Source: an uncultured virus (IMG/VR IMGVR_UViG_3300021376_000011) (Duplodnaviria > Heunggongvirae > Uroviricota > Caudoviricetes). From it: DNA of 64,000 bases. Below, piece after piece: positions 52,957 through 63,171 of the stretch. The position numbers and the translations under genes are program-made. The notes below the pieces were generated by a model, which worked only from the letters and a program-made list of their open reading frames with translations, ran no database searches and was not told the origin of the DNA. Within the stretch, counting starts at the first letter, position 1, and the number at the start of each line of letters is the position of its first letter. Location: IMG/VR virus record IMGVR_UViG_3300021376_000011, one strand, 5' to 3'.

Positions 52957-54711
52957 ATGCAGAGTCAGATTCCTGAGATAGAAGCGAGAAAAATTTTATC
53001 AACTTATCAAGGTTTTAATAACCAACTAATTGAGTGGAAAAGAAAATTATCCGAAGTGAGAGGTTTTCAGTTAACAAGACCTCAAGCCGATTATGTTTTA
53101 AAATACCATGATGTGGTCCCCCGAGTTGCAAAAAAATATATTAGTATTGTTGATGGGTTTGCGGACAAGTTGATGGAATCTAAATATCTAACAAAACCAC
53201 CCGAAAAAATATGGTGTGAAAAGTTATTATGTGAAAGTGATATGGCGTATCACATATGGGGTAAAATTTTTGAAAGTGAAAAAAATTCAGCTATGTGGGT
53301 TCCCAAATCTGCTATTATACAAGAAGAAAAAAAATTAAATAGAGTAGTTGATTATTCCCCTTACGATAATAGACCTCCATTATCACATCAAAAAACGGCG
53401 ATTGAAAAATTATTAGCCAACGACAAATATATTCTCGCTGATGATATGGGATTAGGTAAAACGACTTCAGCGATTATTGCTTCGTTAGAAAGCGGCGCAA
53501 AAAAGATTTTAATAATATGTCCAGCGTCTCTAAAGATTAATTGGCAAAGAGAAATTGAAAATTACTCAGACAAGAAAACTTTAATTGTTGAGGGTCGTAA
53601 GTGGGGTTCAACATTTAATTACTACATTATTAATTATGATATTATAAAGAACTATCATTCAACTGATACACATGAAATTGGTCAAGAAAATACCAATTTA
53701 ATAACTAATGAAAAATTTGATTTAGTAATAGTAGATGAGGCTCACTATATATCAAATACAAGTGCTCAGAGAACTAAATTAATAAATGACATGTTAAAAA
53801 ATATACCAAAAGTTTGGTTACTAACAGGCACACCCATAACCTCTAAACCAATCAATTATTATAATCTATTAAGAATTGTAAATTCAAATGTTACATTAAA
53901 TTGGCAAGGTTATGTTAAGAGATATTGTGGTGGTTACCAATTTACAGTAAACAAAAAAAAAATATGGAACACTAACGGTGCAACAAATTTAGATGAACTT
54001 AGGATGAGAACAAAAAATCTTGTTCTGAGAAGGATGAAAACAGACATTTTGGATTTACCTGATAAAATTATTACACCAATTTTCTTAGATTTAAAAAGCA
54101 CTTATTACGATGAAGAACTTGAAGACTTTTTAAGAATTACAAGTGAGGCTAAAAACAAAGAATCATTATCGGTGACAATTAATCGTTTAATGAAAGTTAG
54201 ACAGATAATTTCACAAGAAAAAATTAATTACACGTGTGAGATTATTGATAAGTGTTTAGAACAGGGTAAAAAAGTAATCGTGTTTACTAATTTTACAATG
54301 TCATTGAATACGATACACGAAAAATACAAAAAGAACTCGGTAGTTTTAGATGGTAAAATGTCCAAAGATAAAAGACAACAATCAGTTGACCGTTTTCAAA
54401 GTGAGGATAAAGTTAAGGTATTTATTTCAAATATAGTTGCGGGAGGAGTTGGTATTACCTTAACATCTGCGGAGGTTGTAATTATGAATGACCTATCATT
54501 TGTGCCCGCACATCATAGCCAAGCGGAAGACAGAGCTTTTAGGTACGGACAGAAAAAAAATGTGTTAGTATACTATCCAATTTTTGAAAACACCATAGAA
54601 AAAATAGTTTATAATATGCTTCAAAAGAAAAAGAACATTATTGACCAAGTGATGGGTGATGGTGATTATTCTGAAAGTTTTGCCCAATCAATTCTTAAAG
54701 AGATTCTTTAA
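52957..54711 (+). CDS. SNF2-family (SF2) helicase/translocase; start corrected to the ATG at 52957
   Basis: LADDMGLGKT, IICPASLKINW, VDEAHYI, LLTGTP, LRRMK, GVGITLT and QAEDRAFRYGQ motifs. Confidence 0.95.
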   Translation: MQSQIPEIEARKILSTYQGFNNQLIEWKRKLSEVRGFQLTRPQADYVLKYHDVVPRVAKKYISIVDGFADKLMESKYLTKPPEKIWCEKLLCESDMAYHIWGKIFESEKNSAMWVPKSAIIQEEKKLNRVVDYSPYDNRPPLSHQKTAIEKLLANDKYILADDMGLGKTTSAIIASLESGAKKILIICPASLKINWQREIENYSDKKTLIVEGRKWGSTFNYYIINYDIIKNYHSTDTHEIGQENTNLITNEKFDLVIVDEAHYISNTSAQRTKLINDMLKNIPKVWLLTGTPITSKPINYYNLLRIVNSNVTLNWQGYVKRYCGGYQFTVNKKKIWNTNGATNLDELRMRTKNLVLRRMKTDILDLPDKIITPIFLDLKSTYYDEELEDFLRITSEAKNKESLSVTINRLMKVRQIISQEKINYTCEIIDKCLEQGKKVIVFTNFTMSLNTIHEKYKKNSVVLDGKMSKDKRQQSVDRFQSEDKVKVFISNIVAGGVGITLTSAEVVIMNDLSFVPAHHSQAEDRAFRYGQKKNVLVYYPIFENTIEKIVYNMLQKKKNIIDQVMGDGDYSESFAQSILKEIL

Positions 54712-55836
54712 GGTATTTGTCATAAAGTCAATATCTTCTTTTTTCTGAGAAATACTATTAATTATTTCAATCCATGTATCGTGAATTTTATTGATATCAA
54801 AATTTTCGACACTTGAAGGTAAACTCACACAAACTTTTCTTTCTTCTTCTATAAAATTTAAGTTTGTGTTTTCAGAAACTTCAAGAGAAAACTCTACATC
54901 GTTTTTTGAACAATACATAAAAAACTCAAAGAAAATTTTTGAGTTAAAAACATCATCAATTTTTTCTTCCATAAGTACATTATTTTTGTTATATGTATAC
55001 CAACCATTTAATTCGGGTATAATTGTATCTTCTTTAAGATGTAAAAAAACCATTCTCGTTGGGCTCACAGTATGAAATCTAAAATCATAGTTCAATGATA
55101 CCAAAACCAAAAAATCAATGTTTTTACCAATGTAGTCCTTTACATCTATTATGTTTTTAAAACTATCACCTTGAAATTTAACAACCTTACTTTGAATCCT
55201 TTTTACTTTTGTGTCATCCTTATTATTCACCGTGAACAAATCACAACCATTAATCATATCTATCAAAGAACCTCTATATAAAGATGTCCTGTAAATATTC
55301 ACCGATTTTACATTTTTTTTAAAATAGTACTCAATACATAATTCTGCAAACGTACCTATTCCCATAGTTTTCGATGCGATGTTAAAAAGTTCATATAAAA
55401 AATCATTTATCCCAATAATTTTATGGTCAATTAATATACGGTCTTTGTATTCTCTAAACCATTTAAAATAGTTAATTATTTCTTCTTCAACTGATAAACT
55501 ATCATCAAAAGTGATATCCCTTAATGGTTTTCCATTTAGGTTATTAATTCCTTTAAAAAAATAATCCTGAAAAATCCATTCATTTAATTTTTCAATTATT
55601 TTTATATTGATAAGATAGTTTGTGTTAAACTGATTCACGGGTGACCAAGAACCTTTAGGGGTTAATACACCATAAGTTCCATTTTTTTGACAAAAACCAT
55701 ATTGATTTTTATTAAAATAACATTCTTTAAAAACCTCTCTCCACTCACTCAAAAAAAGGTCCTTAGTGGGTCCCTTTATTGTGCAAATCTTTTTTATATG
55801 ATTTTCAATGTTTTTTGAGATTTCAGCAGAATACAT
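54688..55836 (-). CDS. Hypothetical protein, possible PD-(D/E)xK nuclease (382 aa)
   Basis: GTFAELCIEYYF...GCDLF...RIQSK resembles the E..D..QxK catalytic pattern. Confidence 0.45.
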   Translation of the reverse strand: MYSAEISKNIENHIKKICTIKGPTKDLFLSEWREVFKECYFNKNQYGFCQKNGTYGVLTPKGSWSPVNQFNTNYLINIKIIEKLNEWIFQDYFFKGINNLNGKPLRDITFDDSLSVEEEIINYFKWFREYKDRILIDHKIIGINDFLYELFNIASKTMGIGTFAELCIEYYFKKNVKSVNIYRTSLYRGSLIDMINGCDLFTVNNKDDTKVKRIQSKVVKFQGDSFKNIIDVKDYIGKNIDFLVLVSLNYDFRFHTVSPTRMVFLHLKEDTIIPELNGWYTYNKNNVLMEEKIDDVFNSKIFFEFFMYCSKNDVEFSLEVSENTNLNFIEEERKVCVSLPSSVENFDINKIHDTWIEIINSISQKKEDIDFMTNTLKNLFKN

Positions 55837-55855
55837 GTCATTTAAAATATTAAAA

Positions 55856-55863
55856 CAAATATA
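55856..55863 (-). promoter_or_regulatory. Bacteroidota-type -7 box TATATTTG
   Basis: Matches TAnnTTTG about 20 nt upstream of the ATG at 55836. Confidence 0.55.
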
Positions 55864-55890
55864 AAGATATTTATTGATAAATAAAAATCA

Positions 55891-57009
55891 ATGTCAACCA
55901 CTGTAATTTCAAATACTGAAAAACAAAAATTGTACTCGCAAGTCTTTCACTTGTTAGGTCTACCAGTTAGAGGTGTGGAACTAACGGAGGAACAGATGGA
56001 CACTTTTTTGGAATTATCCGTGTCTGAGTATGAACAATACGTAAGTGATTGGTTAATTGAATCACAATGGTCAGCGCTTGCGGGTCTTAACGTTGATACA
56101 CAATCATTGTCGCGAGCGTTTACAACAAGAAGTTTAGATTATGAAACACAATACACCCATTCTTATTCCAAGATTGTTGGATTACAGACGGGAGGTAATA
56201 GTGAATTAAAAAAAGATTACATTTCATTGTCCGCAAATACACAAACTTATGTAGTACCGGCCGGTAGAGAAATTAACGAGTTGCTATGGTTCTCAAGGGC
56301 AGAATTGACCGACTCTATTGTTGACCCGTTTTTAGGTGGTTTTGGTGGTCTTGGAGGTGTGGCTTTTGGTGGTGTTGGTGGATTTGCACAACAAGGCGCG
56401 TCTGGCTCATATTTCTTATTACCCGCTTATGATTTACTTTTAAGAATGGGTGATAGAAATATTAAAAATCGTTTAATAGGTGGCGACTTAACATATAGAA
56501 TTACAGCAGGACCTAACGGAACGAAAATAGTTCACTTATATAACGTACCGGGTGGCAGATTTGATTTTGGTTCAATTCAAAATAATAGACAAAAAGTTTG
56601 GTATTGGTATTATGACACTACAGACCCTGATACGTGTTTAGATAAAAATAGTGGTATAGTAAAATTACCATCAGATGTAGAAACCGAAGAACTAACTTGG
56701 GATATGTTAAATAAACCTGCACAAAACTGGGTTAGAAAATACTTGATTGCATATTCTAAAGAGGGTTTAGGTAGGATATATGGTAAATTTTCAGGTGATT
56801 TACAAGTGCCCGATAGCTCGGTAAAATTAGATTATTCAAGTCTGCTCCAAGAAGGTAAAGACGAAAAATTAAAACTGATAGAGGAATTAATGAATCGTTT
56901 AGAAAGACTAAGACCCGACAAATTATTGGAAAGAAAAGGTATGGAAGCTGAAAACATAAACAAAGCTCTTAAATACAGACCTTTCCAATCACCATTTAAC
57001 GTTATATAA
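55891..57009 (+). CDS. Neck / head-tail adaptor protein (T4 gp13-like)
   Basis: LGLPVRGVELTEEQMD N-terminus and WVRKYLIAYSKEGLGRIYGKF...EGKDEKLKLIEEL C-terminus. Confidence 0.8.
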   Translation: MSTTVISNTEKQKLYSQVFHLLGLPVRGVELTEEQMDTFLELSVSEYEQYVSDWLIESQWSALAGLNVDTQSLSRAFTTRSLDYETQYTHSYSKIVGLQTGGNSELKKDYISLSANTQTYVVPAGREINELLWFSRAELTDSIVDPFLGGFGGLGGVAFGGVGGFAQQGASGSYFLLPAYDLLLRMGDRNIKNRLIGGDLTYRITAGPNGTKIVHLYNVPGGRFDFGSIQNNRQKVWYWYYDTTDPDTCLDKNSGIVKLPSDVETEELTWDMLNKPAQNWVRKYLIAYSKEGLGRIYGKFSGDLQVPDSSVKLDYSSLLQEGKDEKLKLIEELMNRLERLRPDKLLERKGMEAENINKALKYRPFQSPFNVI

Positions 57010-57010
57010 T

Positions 57011-59908
57011 TCAGATATTAGTTGCGTGGTAAGCGAAATCGTTACCATTTGTTTGTATTATTTCGTCTTCATTACTCCTAATACTTTCGGCTTGAAGAGA
57101 AACTACCTTTCTATTTAAATCAACCCAATATGGGTCAGCAAGATTTAAACTATCTTCTACATACATAAAAAATGGGTCCTTATTTACTCTATTCCAAAAC
57201 AAAACTTCACTGTCAGAAAGAGTCATGACATCATCGTATTTGTCTTGGCCATCTTCTTTTAATGGGAATCCACCCACTAATTCACATTGTGTTCTGGTAA
57301 AATACTGTCTATCCTCAGGTTTTTCAACCAAAATATCGTGACGTATTTCAGGTTTAAAGACAACTAAAAGTGTTTCGATTCTTTTGTTAAAATTGGTCAA
57401 ATATCTAGACACATTATAATTTCCCGTCATATCTGGATTGTCAGATAATTCTTTTTCAGAAATCATATAACAATTGATTTGAATGTAATTATCTGGCATT
57501 GGTTTACCATTTTGTTGAGTAAACTCTTCCTGTTGTTTTTTACTTGGTTTAGTTATCTTTTGCACATCGCCATCAGATTTATTCTGACCATTATTAATAT
57601 AATAAATTGTCTCACCAAGAGTTGCGGGGTAGTTATTTTTAATAACCAATTCCATATGTGCTTGACGAGACATTAATGACCCCGCTTTTGTTGTTTTCTT
57701 GATGTGTTTCTTATAATCCTCTACCGATTGTTTAACACGAGATTTGTTAGCCATTTTAGACAATGGTATTTTTTTATCATAAATTTCTTGAACATATTTG
57801 TAATAAAGTTCAACAAAAGACAATCCATCACCATTTAATAAATGTTTTAAACCCTCATCCAAAAATTCAACAACATACTGTTGTAGTTTTTTTGATTTAA
57901 TCGTATTTCCGGTTAATTTAATCTTCTCTTTTCCCTTCTTAATAATTTTGATGATGTAGTTTTTTCTTGATACATTAATACAAGCCGGTGCGGTGTAATC
58001 AATATCAAGACCCATTTCATTTCTCATAAATGTATCATTAAATTCTGCGGTGTCGGCTTCAATACCCACATATTCTATACCATCTTGTACTAATTCATTT
58101 AAACCTTTACCAACGTAAATGTGGGTATCAACATCATCAGGAGTAGAAAAATTTACTCCGTCCGTATCCATAACCAATGGAACATAACCTTTTTTCTCAA
58201 AAAACATAATCATCATACGGAGACATTGACGGCCAGTACAAGTAATTGTTTCACCCATATTCATATCGCCCCACGGAAATACTTGAGGAGCCGATAATGA
58301 ACCAAAATATGCATTAATGAAAATTTTAATTGGTAATTGTTTACGGTCATACATTTCGGCCTCATCTGGATTTGATTTTGATAATTGACTTGCGAGTCTT
58401 TTGTATTTGATACGAATGTTTCGGAAATACTTTAACATTGATTTCTGAACACCCATAACATCACACTCAGGAAAAACATCATAAACCAATTGAATTGATG
58501 GATAAAGTGAAGCATAGTCAAACTTCACAATATTCTTAGAGTATCCAACATTCAATAGTCTTGAAAGACCCCCTGTGATTGCTCTTTTCTCATCTTTAGT
58601 AGGAATTGCTAACCCATTTTCATACGACCACGCTAACATGATAATTTTCCAAAGAGTCGCTGTACCCATGGTTGCAATTCTTTCATAAGTGGTTGGTACC
58701 AATTTAGATAGTAAAAATGTTGATTGTGAAAATGAATCATCAACAATCATTGTTTCATATAAGTCATCGTCAAGATATTGTTCCACAATTCTTTGACCGG
58801 GCCATATTTCATACTTATTTGGGTACTTGTCCAATAAGTTTTCGGTACCAAGTTCACCAATTCTTTTATATTTACCTGTTTTAGGATTAACGTAATAACT
58901 ATGGTTTTCTAAATATATTTTGGAAATGAACGCACCATCAACATACACTCTATTAGGTTTTTCTTTCTCTAAATACTGAGTGATATATTTCAATCCCCAA
59001 GATTTAATTTCTGAATTGATTGCTTGGGCTCTTCTAACCGCGTGTGAGATGTCTACAATATTGTGACCCCAAATCACGTGTTGTGTATAAGGTTCAATTT
59101 CGTTTGCTAATTTAAGTAGACCCTCTTTTTGTTTAATACCATCAGATGTCAATATTGAAGTACACTCAACAATGTCAACACCTAAAATTTCCGCTCTTTT
59201 AAGTATAAATGGAAAGTCAAATGATGCTGAGTTATAACCACCAATAATTGTTGGTTTCAATTCTTTTATGATTTCAAAAAACTCCTCAATACATTTCTTT
59301 TCACCATCAGGACCAAAAGCGGAGATTGTTTTTTGTAAACCACGATTGTCTTTAACTCCAATAAGAATTATCTCATTAGTTATTGGTTCAAGACCAGTGG
59401 TCTCAATATCAAATACAAATCTGTGTACACCCGAGTAATCATCAATACCCTTGAAAAGTCTTTTTTTCTTTTGAATTAGATATTGTTCAACAGGAGACAA
59501 TATAGTAAATAGATGTTTAAACTTATCACCCCATGGGTCAACTCCACCCTGTTTGAAAAAATTGATTAGTTCTCGGTATCCTTTTAAACTCTTTATCAAA
59601 TAGTTTTGACCATTTTCGAGCCTTTCGTTACCGTAAGTCTTAAGTTTATCAATAATAATCCCATATTCACCCATTTTTTTCTTTTGAGTGGATTTACTAC
59701 CTTGATAAAAATTACAAGAACTTAAATCGCCAACCCAAAGGAATGGCGTGAAAGAATCTGGTTTAACCAATTTACCCCTTTCAGGGTCTTGAATAATTTT
59801 GTAAATTTTGTTGTTTTGATAATCGTATTCAACCCCAACAATAAATTCTTCAGGGTCCCACCCGTTTAAAAAGTTCTCGATTACCTCTTGAGAAATAACT
59901 TCTGACAT
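57011..59908 (-). CDS. polB: Family B DNA polymerase with 3'-5' exonuclease
   Basis: FDIETTG, GYNSASFDFPFI, DYASLYPSI, KIFINAYFG and DTDG motifs. Confidence 0.97.
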   Translation of the reverse strand: MSEVISQEVIENFLNGWDPEEFIVGVEYDYQNNKIYKIIQDPERGKLVKPDSFTPFLWVGDLSSCNFYQGSKSTQKKKMGEYGIIIDKLKTYGNERLENGQNYLIKSLKGYRELINFFKQGGVDPWGDKFKHLFTILSPVEQYLIQKKKRLFKGIDDYSGVHRFVFDIETTGLEPITNEIILIGVKDNRGLQKTISAFGPDGEKKCIEEFFEIIKELKPTIIGGYNSASFDFPFILKRAEILGVDIVECTSILTSDGIKQKEGLLKLANEIEPYTQHVIWGHNIVDISHAVRRAQAINSEIKSWGLKYITQYLEKEKPNRVYVDGAFISKIYLENHSYYVNPKTGKYKRIGELGTENLLDKYPNKYEIWPGQRIVEQYLDDDLYETMIVDDSFSQSTFLLSKLVPTTYERIATMGTATLWKIIMLAWSYENGLAIPTKDEKRAITGGLSRLLNVGYSKNIVKFDYASLYPSIQLVYDVFPECDVMGVQKSMLKYFRNIRIKYKRLASQLSKSNPDEAEMYDRKQLPIKIFINAYFGSLSAPQVFPWGDMNMGETITCTGRQCLRMMIMFFEKKGYVPLVMDTDGVNFSTPDDVDTHIYVGKGLNELVQDGIEYVGIEADTAEFNDTFMRNEMGLDIDYTAPACINVSRKNYIIKIIKKGKEKIKLTGNTIKSKKLQQYVVEFLDEGLKHLLNGDGLSFVELYYKYVQEIYDKKIPLSKMANKSRVKQSVEDYKKHIKKTTKAGSLMSRQAHMELVIKNNYPATLGETIYYINNGQNKSDGDVQKITKPSKKQQEEFTQQNGKPMPDNYIQINCYMISEKELSDNPDMTGNYNVSRYLTNFNKRIETLLVVFKPEIRHDILVEKPEDRQYFTRTQCELVGGFPLKEDGQDKYDDVMTLSDSEVLFWNRVNKDPFFMYVEDSLNLADPYWVDLNRKVVSLQAESIRSNEDEIIQTNGNDFAYHATNI

Positions 59909-59926
59909 ATCATATAAATTTGTTTT

Positions 59927-59962
59927 GACACATTTGCTTACAACAAAATGTTGTAGTTTGTC
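59927..59962 (-). promoter_or_regulatory. 5'-leader stem-loop of the DNA polymerase mRNA
   Basis: TACAACA-TTT-TGTTGTA (59939-59955) plus an outer GACA/TGTC pair, between the promoter box and the ATG. Confidence 0.5.
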
Positions 59963-59969
59963 TTACTAA

Positions 59970-59993
59970 CAAATATACGAAACTTTTCTCACA
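59970..59993 (-). promoter_or_regulatory. Putative early/middle promoter of the DNA polymerase gene
   Basis: TGTGAGAAAAGTTTCGTATATTTG contains the Bacteroidota -7 consensus TAnnTTTG. Confidence 0.6.
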
Positions 59994-59995
59994 TC

Positions 59996-60364
59996 TTAAA
60001 AAATGGTAATAAATAGTTTTTCTTTAACGGGAAGTATCAGTTTTGTGGTTGGATTTAAACTTGTATTTAAAAATTGAACGGTTATTTTACCTTCGTATTT
60101 ACCAACTATAGCGGTTTGAGATTCGGTAAATTGATGAGTGATATAATATTCGTCGGTCGTTTGATTGTATTTTTTATCTCTTGTTGTAATCAAACATGTG
60201 GAGTTCAATATCTCGGGTTCACCCGTTTCCACATCGTACATATCAAAAGTAATGTCACAACTTTCTAACATGTCATTAAATCCTGACTTATCATTTTTTC
60301 CATCATCAATAAGTCTCATTTTTAAAATTGGTTGCGACGCTCCCTGTCTTATAAAAAATTCCAT
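59996..60364 (-). CDS. Small structural protein, possibly BppU-N-like (122 aa)
   Basis: FFIRQGASQPILKMRL...GKYEGKITVQF pattern; TATTTAT upstream. Confidence 0.5.
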   Translation of the reverse strand: MEFFIRQGASQPILKMRLIDDGKNDKSGFNDMLESCDITFDMYDVETGEPEILNSTCLITTRDKKYNQTTDEYYITHQFTESQTAIVGKYEGKITVQFLNTSLNPTTKLILPVKEKLFITIF

Positions 60365-60448
60365 ATTTTATAAATATTTTAAAATTAGTAAATTATTATT
60401 ATTTAACAGATTCAACTTCAGAACAACAAAATGCACTAATAGGGCCGA

Positions 60449-60631
60449 TTACTTATAGTGGTTGTATAATGTACTACTAGCTCTTCTGTTTGAAATTGGT
60501 GTGGGATATCTACCTGAAACAGGTTTGTTCGCACCACTATAAGTCTTACTTGGTCGTGGCATGTTAATCTGAGCCTTCATTTGTTTTTGAAGGTACTCAG
60601 CAATATCCAACATCATTCCATCAACCGCCAT
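60449..60631 (-). CDS. Short hypothetical protein, possibly a truncated remnant (60 aa)
   Basis: ATG 3 nt after the upstream stop on the same strand. Confidence 0.4.
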   Translation of the reverse strand: MAVDGMMLDIAEYLQKQMKAQINMPRPSKTYSGANKPVSGRYPTPISNRRASSTLYNHYK

Positions 60632-60634
60632 AGA

Positions 60635-62356
60635 TTAGTAAATTACAATATAGTTAGGGCATGGGTCAAACACAGAGTTAATTGTTACTGATACAAGATT
60701 TTCACCAGGTATTAACGAATTGATATTAACTTGTTTGTGATGCTGGTTTGTTGACATAACTGTCGTAGCGTTTGCTGTCCCACCTAAACTACCCAAAACA
60801 CTAAAGTTTATTGTGACATTACATAACGCTTGTGCTGGTATTGTATGACCGCTGTCTTCCCATAAATGGAAATCTGCGTTATTATTATTCAATCTAACCC
60901 CCGTTAAGTATTGGGTTGTTATAGAAGTAGATGTCGGGGTTGGAGTGGGAGTAGGAGTCGCAGTTGGTGTAATTGAAGGAGTCGGTGTAGAGGTTGTTGT
61001 TAAAGAGGTCATACTATCAATACAATCTGTGACACACTCAGTTATATTATAATATGGTTTAGTGGATACTAAATAATTGTGACTAACTCTAACAAAATTT
61101 AATGGTTCTTCATAGTATCTAATTCTTTTATAATTAAAACATGAAATTCCCATATTATGTATTCCTCCCGAATATTGGGTACCACCCGCCCACGATTGAA
61201 TCATAGGTTGATACCCCCTTGTTGAGGGTATAACTTCCTCCCACCCTTTTAATTTATATATTGTTCTACCATTTAAGTAAATTTTCAAAGTACCCACTCT
61301 TCTTCCTCTTTCTAAAGCCCATTTTTTATTTAAAACTTCAATGTCTTCAAATGTTGGGGTGGCTCCGGTTAACCAATCACTAATTGCGGTTGTAAGTGTT
61401 CGTCCAGTAATTAAATCGTTCCAACCACCATCATTTTCTATTCTACAATCTGTATAATATTTGTCTCTTTCAAAAGAAATTGTGATATTAAAATCATTTG
61501 ACGTTCCGTCTGTACATAAAACAGGTGTTTGTCCTGAGGAAGTATAAAAGGTTTCGGTGAATCCGCTATTTGTTACACATATTCCCGAATATCTAATTGA
61601 CCTCCATTGTATTCTACCATCATTTGTAAATGAAAATGATAAATTATTATCGGCATAATCTAATAAATCGTTCTCACCACGAACACCTAAATAATAAATA
61701 GTTCTACCGCTTATCCAATCTAAACCATTTCTATTTAGTACTAGGTCAATAGTCCAACCTTTTTCTGTTCTTCTATGTACTTTATATGAACAGTTATCAG
61801 CGCCGGCACCGTGGTTAATTTGATAAGCCCATGGTTTCGCTTCGGGTATGGAATCTTGAGGGCAACAATTATCTGTATCGGCTAATTTAGCGACACAAGC
61901 GTAAGACGCTCCCGTTATTCCTGTTGTGAAACCTGAAGTGTTGAGTGAAAATGGGTTTGAAATTGAATTATTGTATCCGTTATTCCTCAAATAGTGAGTA
62001 TTACTATAAAGTTTGTAAGAGTATACGTCGTTTTGTAAAATAATATCTGAATTTCCTAATGTGTTGGTAAACGCCGAGTAACTTAAAGTCCAAGTTAATG
62101 CAGAATACGTGTAACCACTGTCATTCACACTATTGTTATACTCAATTAAAGATATCGTATCTCTAACGCAATCAGTGTTTTGTAGCGATGTTGTATTAAT
62201 TGTTAGTGCGGTATAAGTTATGGCGGTATTTAAATCTAAAACTAATTCATCATAGTCGTCTTGAGTTTTTGATATTTCATAATCATAGTACTCCGATGAA
62301 TCTAATTGTAAATCTAACCTACTACCATAATATTTGAGTATGTTTTGACTATTCAT
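60635..62356 (-). CDS. Putative virion protein with a LamG/concanavalin-like region and TP linker (573 aa)
   Basis: GTLKIYLNG...RIRYYEEPL pattern; [18 protein letters not shown] linker before a distinct C-terminal domain. Confidence 0.55.
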   Translation of the reverse strand: MNSQNILKYYGSRLDLQLDSSEYYDYEISKTQDDYDELVLDLNTAITYTALTINTTSLQNTDCVRDTISLIEYNNSVNDSGYTYSALTWTLSYSAFTNTLGNSDIILQNDVYSYKLYSNTHYLRNNGYNNSISNPFSLNTSGFTTGITGASYACVAKLADTDNCCPQDSIPEAKPWAYQINHGAGADNCSYKVHRRTEKGWTIDLVLNRNGLDWISGRTIYYLGVRGENDLLDYADNNLSFSFTNDGRIQWRSIRYSGICVTNSGFTETFYTSSGQTPVLCTDGTSNDFNITISFERDKYYTDCRIENDGGWNDLITGRTLTTAISDWLTGATPTFEDIEVLNKKWALERGRRVGTLKIYLNGRTIYKLKGWEEVIPSTRGYQPMIQSWAGGTQYSGGIHNMGISCFNYKRIRYYEEPLNFVRVSHNYLVSTKPYYNITECVTDCIDSMTSLTTTSTPTPSITPTATPTPTPTPTSTSITTQYLTGVRLNNNNADFHLWEDSGHTIPAQALCNVTINFSVLGSLGGTANATTVMSTNQHHKQVNINSLIPGENLVSVTINSVFDPCPNYIVIY

Positions 62357-62412
62357 GCTATTCTATAAATATCTTTCCTTTCTTTTGATATTTATTATAA
62401 AAAGATTATTGC

Positions 62413-63171
62413 ATGGATAAATACATTAAAAATATTATTGAGGAAACATTTGCATCAAAAAAACAACAAAGATTCTTCTACGCAAAAGCCAATGACAAGT
62501 CAACATCAAAGAAGGAAAGAAATAAATGGTCAAAATGGGCTAAAGAATATTCTGACGATACTGACTTTAAAAAAATACCAGAAAAGGTTGAAACCGAGGT
62601 AGATGAAATTGTGGACGAAAAGGGTAATGTGGCCAGAAAAAAAATTCCTCTTACCAAAGCAACTAAAGGGGGTTCTCGTTCAATAACCGACAAAGTTGTT
62701 AAAACCAGTGCCGGTAGTATGGGTACTCACGGGGTTCACGGTACTCACACATCCTTAAGATATTGGGCCGAATCAGACTTAAGTAAGGCTTTAGGATTTG
62801 AAAAAACTTTAGGTCAAGACGAGAATATTGAAGGGGCTTATGAATACTTTGAAGATGATTTAGGTATGAGTGATGATGAAACCGAGGAAAGATTATCTTC
62901 TTATGGTTACGATAAAAAATTAAAAGGAGATAAAGTAAGACTTATTGAAAACCCCAAAAAATTTGTAAATGACTATGTTGAAAGTGTTTTGAATAAAAAA
63001 TCAACTCATAGTGATTTAGTAAAAAAAGACCAAACAGAAGATATTGAAGTTGAATTAAGTCCAATCATAAAAAGACAAGTAATGTCTTTAAAAAATACCA
63101 TGTCAAAAAACAATATATCTGTTGAAGATGTGATAAATATTCTTAAAAAAGAAGAAAATACCGGTGAATAA
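62413..63171 (+). CDS. Hypothetical charged protein (252 aa)
   Basis: Clean ORF with TATTTAT upstream; FASKKQQRFFYAKA N-terminal motif. Confidence 0.75.
   Translation: MDKYIKNIIEETFASKKQQRFFYAKANDKSTSKKERNKWSKWAKEYSDDTDFKKIPEKVETEVDEIVDEKGNVARKKIPLTKATKGGSRSITDKVVKTSAGSMGTHGVHGTHTSLRYWAESDLSKALGFEKTLGQDENIEGAYEYFEDDLGMSDDETEERLSSYGYDKKLKGDKVRLIENPKKFVNDYVESVLNKKSTHSDLVKKDQTEDIEVELSPIIKRQVMSLKNTMSKNNISVEDVINILKKEENTGE

Noticed and set aside
22630..59908. Inteins or self-splicing introns in nrdA, nrdB, the helicase or the polymerase
   Set aside because: The ORFs are continuous, of ordinary length, and show no intein or homing-endonuclease motifs.
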